This document shows, one piece after another, positions 17,104 to 24,233 of a DNA stretch of 32,000 bases. How positions within the stretch are numbered: position 1 is the stretch's first letter; every line of letters starts with the position of its first letter. Source of the stretch: Okeania sp. (GTDB lineage Bacteria > Cyanobacteriota > Cyanobacteriia > Cyanobacteriales > Microcoleaceae); assembly GCF_035285525.1 (NCBI RefSeq), contig NZ_JAYKGW010000151.1:1-32000 (forward strand). Direction: 5' to 3'. The notes under the pieces were generated by a model that had not been told where the DNA came from, searched no databases, and worked only from the letters and a program-made list of their open reading frames with translations. A program made the position numbers and the translations under genes.

Positions 17104-17960
17104 GATAGTAAAGATTGGGCAATGAATAGCAATAGCAATGATTAATTGGTTTAAGTTGAGTAGATGACAGATTAAACTATTTTTTTTCCTTGACATTATT
17201 ATAAGATAAAAAGTTTCTTTTTGATCTGGTTTGTGAACTGTATTTTTTATAATTATATCATAAGAAACCATCAAATATCTGAGCAAATCCGGTAGCTTAA
17301 ACCATCTTTTTTTTGAGATATTGGAATCCTAAAAAGGTTTTAATTGAAGATTATTTAGAACTTTTCAATAATGGATAATTGATAATTACCTCTCCCTAAA
17401 AGGAAAAGGGTTGAATAAAAGGAAAAAATTTATTTCTCAAGGGGAGATTAGATATGGTTAGGAAAGCCATCCATCTTACCCTTCGGGAAGCTCCGCTGAC
17501 GACCGCTTTTTCCCCTAGGGGAGGCTTCAAGGCACGAATTATTTAATTATTTAATTATTAATTATTCGGTAAAGTTTGACTTTCAAATTGCTATAGAATA
17601 GTATATCTACGCAAGCGCGACCAAGAAACCGAGTTGATAGCTGCGCTCTTGTAGTTTCAACCAAGAAATTTCTTTGATCAACCCGTTTTCTGCGTAAGAA
17701 ATTTGATCGTAGGGGTTGGTTTCCCAAACCCTACAGTTTTTTCTATTGATAGCAATTTTTGCGAATTTATGAAATAAAATTATTTTCTTTCTTTTCTATT
17801 ACCTTGTTCTCTTCAACCTAAAGTTTTGTATTCATTGGCAACGGAAAGTCCTGCATATACAGCAGATTTTATTAATGGTATAGCATTTGTGCTGCATAGA
17901 ACAAATACTTGTGGAACAAAAGTTTGATAGTCAATGAGCATTGCCAAAAATCCTATTGAT

Positions 17961-18338
17961 CTAGCAAGTACAATTTTTATGCTCTAACCATTGTTCCCCT
18001 AACTGTTTGATTGCCATCATTACTGGTTGCACTTGTAGACCTTTTTCCGTCAGAGAATATTCGACATGGGGAGGCACTTCTGCATATACCCTCCTTGCTA
18101 ACAAACCATGCTTTTCTAATTGTCTCAATCTTAATGTTAGGGTTTTTGAGCTAATTCCTGGTAGTGCTTCTAATAGTTCATGAGTTCGGCGATCGCCACT
18201 CAATAGTTCTCGCAAAATCAACACTGACCACTTAGTACCTAATATTCTCAATACAAACTGAATCGGACAATTATTACTGAGACAGAAAATATTTGGTATT
18301 TCCGCATTTGATTTAACACTTTTATTTTGAACTTTCAT
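17961..18338 (-). CDS. HxlR-family winged-helix transcriptional regulator
   Basis: CPIQFVLRILGTKWSVLILRELLSGDRRTHELLEALPGISSKTLTLRLRQLEKHGLLARRVYAEVPPHVEYSLTEKG is a textbook HxlR domain. ATG at 18338. Confidence 0.88.
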   Translation of the reverse strand: MKVQNKSVKSNAEIPNIFCLSNNCPIQFVLRILGTKWSVLILRELLSGDRRTHELLEALPGISSKTLTLRLRQLEKHGLLARRVYAEVPPHVEYSLTEKGLQVQPVMMAIKQLGEQWLEHKNCTC

Positions 18339-18692
18339 TTTCTGGTTACTTTTTTTGATAAATTTATATTTATTTAATATTAACCTTTTTTATTCAAAAA
18401 AACAAATTTTTTACTATATGTAACTAATACCAATTTTATAAATTTTTGTTACAGATGTTAGAAACAAGGAAAAAGGAGGAAGGAAGAAGAGGGAAAAATA
18501 TAAAAAAGGATCAAAATGATAAATAAAGCTGTCTAAAATCAATTAGAGGAACTATTTTTAAGCATATCTAATTGAGATAGACTTGTTTGTAGCATTTTTT
18601 TTCAAAGCGAAATGCTTCATAAATATAACTTTTAATTCTCGCTATTAGACTAATTCGTTACTTTGGTGTCATAATAAGTTAAGTAAGTAAGC

Positions 18693-18838
18693 TTAGAGCA
18701 ATTTCGGAGGCGCGTGAGTTACAAAATAAAGTTTCAAAGCCTATTAGTAGTTTTGGTAACACAACCGTCCAGGTTGTAACAATCTAGAAGATTGTGTTAC
18801 AGATAACTGTACCTCACAATCATCAAAAATGCTGTAAT
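18693..18838. mobile_element. Family F MITE-like element (~146 bp), inverted relative to the copy at 26859
   Basis: TTAGAGCAATTTC...GGTAACACAACCGTCCAGGTTGTAAC...GTGTTACAG...CTGTACCTCAC...GCTGTAA aligns along its length with the reverse complement of 26859-27016. Confidence 0.65.
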
Positions 18839-19047
18839 TATTTGCACAATAGCAGTGAAAATTCAAAAATGTGAAAACCTATTAGTAACTTGCTTCTAGG
18901 TTATTTTTCATATTTTTATGACTACCTACTTACACAGGGCTATTTCATATCAGTGAAGCACACAAAAGACAGCCTTCTAGGCTGTGTTATAATTGCAAAT
19001 TTTCTTTCCTAAATAACGAAAGCATTCCTTCTTCATTCAGACATGAT

Positions 19048-20757
19048 ATGAACCATAATTTTCCCATAAAACATCATGGCAAAACCAAAAAAAGGATACT
19101 TTTATACTTAGGTTTTCTCCTCTTAGGAACAATTCCCTTTTTGTTGACAAATTTCTCTGAAAAATCAGCAGAAAAAATTTATTTTCATTGCGGTATTTTC
19201 AGAATAGGTATCCCTTTAACTGCCTTAAAAAATTATGCTGAAAGAGGAAAAATTGACAAAGAATTAAAATTTTATCTCCTATTTATCAATCTAGAAAATC
19301 AACAAAAGTTGCGAAACTTCCTAAATTTCCAACTCCAGGTTAATCCCAGACAATTAACTCAAGGTTTATATTCTCAAATGGGAAAAAAATTACTGAATTA
19401 TGTGGGAGAAATGATTCAGATAGATGACACAAATGGAGCAGTTCCTATTCGAGAAGCTTTAATCATAACTGCTACATCTCAAGATTTGACCCCGATAAAT
19501 TTATTGGATAACTTTTCTGGTCAAATCCAGTTTGACCTAATTAAAATTATAAGAACTACAACACAATTTGTTAGCTTAGTTCAAGATACAGAAAAACTAC
19601 TACAAGAAGTTAACAAACTAACATTAACTGCTGCTGATACTGAACCCAAAATAAATTTTTCTAGATTACCAGATTTACGCCAACCAGGAAATTTTTATTT
19701 CTATCAAAAGATTCTTAAACTTAATGATAAAAGTCGTCAACGTCAATTTCTAGTTAAATTTTATTTACCTTATAATTTACCCAAAACTCAAACCATACCA
19801 TTAGTAATTCTTTCCCCTGGTTTAGCAGTAGAACTTAATCAATGGCAACATTTAGCCAAACATTTAGTATCTTATGGTTTTGCTGTAGCAAAAGTACAAC
19901 ATCCAGGGAGTGATTTTAAGTATTTTCAAGCTTTTTTGGATGGGGAAGAAAAAAATATATTTCAACTCGAAGAATTTATTAACAGACCTCTAGATATTAG
20001 TTATTTATTAGACGAATTAGAAAAACGAAATAAATTTCAATTCCAAGGAAAACTAAATCTGAAAAATGTGGGAATTACAGGTCAATCTTTTGGAGCTTAT
20101 ACAGCATTATCTGTAGCTGGAGCTAAAATTAATTTTGAGCAACTAAAGCAAGATTGTTTACCCCAAATTCAATTATTAAATCCTTCCTTATTATTACAAT
20201 GTCGTGCTTTAGAATTGCCTCAACAAATTTATCAAAATTATAATTTTCGTGATGCCAGAATTAAATCACTATTAGTTATCGATCCAGTGAATCGGAGTAT
20301 ATTTAGTCAGTTAGGTTTAAGTCACATTAATATACCGATTTTGTGGGTTGGTGGTAGTGCAGATCAATTAACTCCAGTAGTAATAGAACAAATTAATTCT
20401 TTTACTTGGTTGCCAGTAAAAGAAAAGTATTTTATGTTAACCAAAGGAGCAAAACATCTAGACTTTAATATTACTGCTATTCAAAATGTAGAATCTGTAA
20501 ATGATGACTCTTTAAATCAATTTGTCAGTGAAAGTTCACCTGTAATTAAGTCTTATATTAATGCTTTTGGTTTAGCATTTTTTCAGTTCTATATCAGGAA
20601 TGATTCTAATTATTTTAATTATTTGCGTTCTTCCTATGCTTTAGCTATTAGCAAAGAACCTTATACATTGAGTTTTTTGTCTGCTTTGACCAGAGCTGAA
20701 TTAGTTCAAATTTTTGGTAGAAAGGAAGAAGCAAGAAAAGATAAACGATATAGATAA
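19048..20757 (+). CDS. DUF1400-domain alpha/beta hydrolase (PAF-acetylhydrolase / dienelactone-hydrolase-like)
   Basis: An N-terminal TM helix is followed by a DUF1400-like segment (EKIYFHCGIFRIGIPLTALKNYAERGKIDKELKFYL). The nucleophile elbow is GITGQSFGAYTA (G-x-S-x-G). A late His lies in GAKHLDF. Confidence 0.8.
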   Translation: MNHNFPIKHHGKTKKRILLYLGFLLLGTIPFLLTNFSEKSAEKIYFHCGIFRIGIPLTALKNYAERGKIDKELKFYLLFINLENQQKLRNFLNFQLQVNPRQLTQGLYSQMGKKLLNYVGEMIQIDDTNGAVPIREALIITATSQDLTPINLLDNFSGQIQFDLIKIIRTTTQFVSLVQDTEKLLQEVNKLTLTAADTEPKINFSRLPDLRQPGNFYFYQKILKLNDKSRQRQFLVKFYLPYNLPKTQTIPLVILSPGLAVELNQWQHLAKHLVSYGFAVAKVQHPGSDFKYFQAFLDGEEKNIFQLEEFINRPLDISYLLDELEKRNKFQFQGKLNLKNVGITGQSFGAYTALSVAGAKINFEQLKQDCLPQIQLLNPSLLLQCRALELPQQIYQNYNFRDARIKSLLVIDPVNRSIFSQLGLSHINIPILWVGGSADQLTPVVIEQINSFTWLPVKEKYFMLTKGAKHLDFNITAIQNVESVNDDSLNQFVSESSPVIKSYINAFGLAFFQFYIRNDSNYFNYLRSSYALAISKEPYTLSFLSALTRAELVQIFGRKEEARKDKRYR

Positions 20758-20869
20758 CTATTTAAAATGAATCAAACTAGAGTCAATAATATACCAGCTA
20801 AATATTGAAAATTTTGTAGTGCGGGCAAGATGTCGGCTTCGGGTTGTACCTCTTTTTTATCTTCGTTAA

Positions 20870-21078
20870 TTATTGATTAATTTGCAGTAATAAAGTTTGA
20901 GTAGTCCAAGTCGGACATCCACAACCAAAAAAGTCATAATCTTCTGTCTAAATAGCTGCGGGTAAAGCTAAAGCTAAGGCAACTGTTTCTCAATTATTAG
21001 GGTCTCTAGGAATACGCTTTCTTGCTTCTGCTTCAAATGATTGATAATCAGATAAAGGGACAAAAGAAATATTTTTGA
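20870..21078 (-). pseudogene. PIN-domain (VapC-like) gene remnant, C-terminal part only
   Basis: The minus-strand translation reads ...ISFVPLSDYQSFEAEARKRIPRDPNN*ETVALALALPAAI*TEDYDFFGCGCPTWTTQTLLLQINQ*. It matches the PIN C-terminal pattern D..DW...ALAL....IWT.D.DFFG.G..TWTT. In-frame TGA (20990-20992) and TAG (20948-20950) sit where Trp is expected. The N-terminal half is missing. Confidence 0.6.
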
Positions 21079-21105
21079 TATAACTAAAGTTTATCTTAGA
21101 CAAAG

Positions 21106-21579
21106 TTGTGGTATTTTACTATAAATGTATATCGAATAATTTGTTATGAAAGTCCAACAAAAGCTCTTTGTAAGTATGGGGGAGAGATCCCTTCTTTAGG
21201 AGACGCGATACTATCAGAAATACAAGTTCTTGAAAAGACAAAAGAAAACGATTTAATAGAAAGAAACTACTGGAATAAATTGGGGTACATATCCTGGAGT
21301 TTGTATTTTTATCAACTAAAGATGTGGATGAGTATTTTTCCTAGAAAACAGTTTTTAATATTAAAGAGTGAAGACTTATTTTCTCATCCAAAAGCAACTA
21401 TGAAATGGTGTTATGAATTCTTAGATTTGCCAGATTATCGACTGCCTAAATATCATAATTTTAATTCTAATAGTTATCCAGCTATAGATGATTCAATAAG
21501 GCAGACCTTGGCAGATTATTTTCGACCCCATAACTATAAATTAGAAGAGTATTTAGGTATAGAATTTAACTCGAAGTAA
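21106..21579 (+). pseudogene. Sulfotransferase 3' fragment (unit 1 of tandem array, 5'-truncated)
   Basis: From about 21175 the translation (SLGDAILSEIQVLEKTKENDLIERNYW...FPRKQFLILKSEDLFSHPKATMKWCYEFLDLPDYRLPKYHNFNSNSYPAIDDSIRQTLADYFRPHNYKLEEYLGIEFNSK) parallels 22905-23315. The PAPS-binding N-terminal half is absent. The ORF start (TTG 21106) lies in unrelated sequence. Confidence 0.7.
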
Positions 21580-21690
21580 TTTGTTGCTTGAGCAAAAATT
21601 ACGGAAATTAATAAACCTTCTAAAGAAGAGAAATAACTGGAAAGATAAATTGGTGAAAATCCAAGTTAATTAACTTACACAACAATAAAA

Positions 21691-23315
21691 ATGACAGATT
21701 TAATACAAGCTAATCAACTGAAAAGAAAAGGGAAACTCGAAGAAGCGATCGCTGGTGATCGGCTTGCAATAGACTCTAATCCCACTTTTGCCTGGTCTCA
21801 TCATAATTTGGGAGAAGTCTTAGCAAAGTTAGGTCGGTTTGATCAAGTTGCAACCGCTTACGGACGTGCTATTGAACTGAACCCAAATTTAGCTTGGCCG
21901 CATTATAATTTGGGGTTAGTTCTAGAAAAACAAGGCAAACTTGATGAGGCTCACGCTTTTTTGCTTAAGACTAGCGAGCTTAATCCAGATTTTACTAAAT
22001 TTTCCAAAAATTTAGCCAATGTAATTGCTAAAAGATAACATAGCGATGCAATAAATCTAATGATTAAACATAAGAGGGGTAAAATTGACGAGGCGATTAC
22101 TTGCCTTGAAAAAGCGATTAGTATATATCCATAAAAGTCAGATTCCTATTATAAAATAGGATGTTTATACAAGCTGAATAGAGAAGTTCTCAAGGCAAAT
22201 TATTGTTGGAAAAAAGTTGTATATTTTTCGATAGATGAAAATATTCAAGATAATGAATATAAAGTTAAAGCATTACTACAATTATCGAAAATAAGAGATG
22301 CTAAAAACTGCTTTAAACAAAAATACTACAACTATAAAAAAGCCATTGATGATAAATTCAAACACTTAATTAATTTGAACGACTATCCAGAAAAAACTAA
22401 ACCTGATTTTCTTATAATTGGAGCATCTAAATGCGGTACTACTTCTTTATATCAGTATTTAACTAATCATCCTTCGATAGTTCCTGCTACTAATAAGGAA
22501 CTTAATTTCTTTGTTTCTCCTCTAAGGTATAATATCAATTACCATGCATTATTGCTATACTTGAAGAATACTTAAGTCATCAAATAATTAACACAAACAA
22601 AATCATTTTTGCCAATTTTAGCTAAGTTAATGTCAATTTTTATAATGCTTACTTCTTCCCCCGACTCCCTTGCAAAATCAAATGTAGAAAACTTTTTGAG
22701 AAATGGTATAAGACAATAGATTGGTATCTAAATCAATTTCCCAAGAAAAGTAAAGAAAGTGATTTATTAACTGGAGAAGCTAGTCCTCGGTACTTTGCAT
22801 ATCCTCTAGCACAAAAACACATATTCAATCTATTCCCAAATATTAAGTTAATTGTGATTCTCAGAAACCCAATCAACAGAATTATTTCTCACTATTACAT
22901 GGGTTTAAATGGATGTGTAGAATCTCGTTCTTTAGAAGAGGCAATGAAAAGGGAAATTACCTTGATTTAAGAACTTACAGAAACAGAGTTAATAGAAAGA
23001 ATGTACTGGGGAATGCCTATCTACATCTTAGAAAGTTTGTATTTATACCACTTTAAAAGGTGGATGAATCTTTTTCCTAGAGAACAGTTTTTAATCTTAA
23101 AAAGTGAGGACTTATTTTCTCATCCAAAAACAACTATGAAAAGGTGTTTTAAATTCTTGGGTTTGCCAGGTTATCTATTGCCTAAATATCATAATTTTAA
23201 TTCCAATAGTTATCCAGCTATAGATAATTCTATAAGACAGACTTTGGCAGATTATTTTCGACCTTATAACCAGAAATTAGAAGACTATTTGGGTATGGAA
23301 TTTAACTGCAAGTAA
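21691..23315 (+). pseudogene. TPR-sulfotransferase fusion gene (unit 2), disrupted by 3 nonsense codons and a ~180-bp insertion/frameshift
   Basis: TPR repeats occupy 21691-22038. The same frame continues through TAA 22036 and TAA 22132 into the sulfotransferase 5'-PSB loop KPDFLIIGASKCGTTSLYQYL (22375-). Homology is lost at 22513 and resumes in another frame at ~22690 (LFEKWYKTIDWYLNQFP...TGEASPRYF...VILRNPINRIISHY). TAA at 22968 is followed by the C-terminal part, 23001-23315. Confidence 0.75.
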
Positions 23316-23427
23316 TTTGTTGCTTGAGGAAAAATTACAGAAATTAATAAACCTTTCAAATAAGGGAAATAGCTGGAAAGAAAAATAGGTTAAAATCTAA
23401 GTTAATAAACTTACGCGACAACAAAAA

Positions 23428-23508
23428 ATGACAGATTTAATACAAGGTAATAAACTGAAAAACCAGAAGTTAGAAGAGTATTTAGACATGGAGTTTAACT
23501 GGGAATAA
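23428..23508 (+). pseudogene. Unit 3 of the array: internally deleted TPR-sulfotransferase reduced to a 26-codon in-frame stub
   Basis: MTDLIQGNKLK matches the N-terminus of unit 2 (MTDLIQANQLK). It is joined to NQKLEEYLDMEFNWE*, which matches the C-terminus of unit 2 (NQKLEDYLGMEFNCK*). The upstream intergenic sequence 23316-23427 parallels 21580-21690. Confidence 0.65.
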
Positions 23509-23581
23509 TCCCTAGTCTTAAACACTCATAATTTATGATAATTGTTTTAACATAGCTTTAAATTAATAGAAAGATTTACTA

Positions 23582-24169
23582 ATGACTAAAAAGTTTTTGT
23601 ATCTAGTTCAAACAGATGGCAACTTACCTTCCCATTACGACGATATTCCTAACGAAAATGCTGATATTTTGTACTTGTCTTGGAAAGAACCAATTGAGGG
23701 ATATATTCATTTCCCTAATAGTACCTCGACTACTGATAGAAATAGATTGCTCGAAGAAGCAAGAAACTCAAAACACCAATATCTCTACTACATTTTCCTA
23801 GATGACGACTTAGAATTTATTCAAGGAAATTGGAGATATTTTGAGGAAATGCTGCTCAAATATATGCCTGCTATTGGTACTAGCATTTCTGACAACGAAA
23901 ATCTTAATTCCAGTTTAGAAGCTCAGGTGGTTTATTCTTACGATGCTATCTTTAACCCATTTCATCGAGATGTTGTTTTTGACGATCTATTACTTCCTTA
24001 TATCGATAAATTTGATCATGTTTGTTGGTATGAATCACAACTAATTTTTGTTCATATTTCAGCCATACTATATCCCCATCATATTTTACAGTTCAATTAT
24101 GTAGAAGTTGATAATAGCAAACATAACGATTATCCCAAAAAAGCTATTTTTGCCGAAGTTGAAAAGTGA
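23582..24169 (+). CDS. Hypothetical protein with DxD-type motif (possible GT-A-like glycosyltransferase N-domain); may be the 5' part of the downstream pseudogene
   Basis: 195-aa ORF with ATG at 23582. YYIFLDDDLEF resembles a GT-A DxD motif. The frame stays open for 24 codons past TGA 24167 (EK*LLENIFSDNDL...), and a frameshift near 24235 would join it to the next reading frame. Confidence 0.45.
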   Translation: MTKKFLYLVQTDGNLPSHYDDIPNENADILYLSWKEPIEGYIHFPNSTSTTDRNRLLEEARNSKHQYLYYIFLDDDLEFIQGNWRYFEEMLLKYMPAIGTSISDNENLNSSLEAQVVYSYDAIFNPFHRDVVFDDLLLPYIDKFDHVCWYESQLIFVHISAILYPHHILQFNYVEVDNSKHNDYPKKAIFAEVEK

Positions 24170-24233
24170 CTGTTAGAAAATATCTTTAGCGACAACGATT
24201 TAGTTAAAGAAAGTTTTTTTACCTCATCCATAG

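Noticed and set aside
17065-17286. 73-aa ORF 17065..17286 (-) upstream of the hetF-like gene
   Set aside because: Its C-terminal part is read through the family A element (17013-17103). The rest is Ile/Asn/Lys-rich AT-run translation with no RBS.
16835-17293. Candidate DIF-type (TCCGGA) promoters for an NsiR1-like sRNA: TCCAGGA 16835-16841 plus TATTAT 16862-16867, and TCCGGT 17288-17293
   Set aside because: Neither is an exact TCCGGA. The spacing to a -10 box is off (20-23 nt), and no convincing terminator or tandem repetition follows. I kept this only as a hypothesis to test, not as an annotated feature.
18466-18640. A 33-nt pure polypurine tract (18466-18498) followed by a QLEELFLSISN-like frame, as a possible remnant of a second Rpn/DUF4351 gene
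   Set aside because: The resemblance to the KEEGKEEGK...LSLEELENL tail of 12642-13025 is short, interrupted by stops, and could arise from low complexity alone. It is not supportable without a profile search.
22513-22690. The segment interrupting the sulfotransferase, as a possible group I/II intron
   Set aside because: It is too short. It lacks the GUGYG...AY group II boundaries and any obvious conserved group I core pairing. The flanking exons are in different frames, and the gene carries other inactivating stops.
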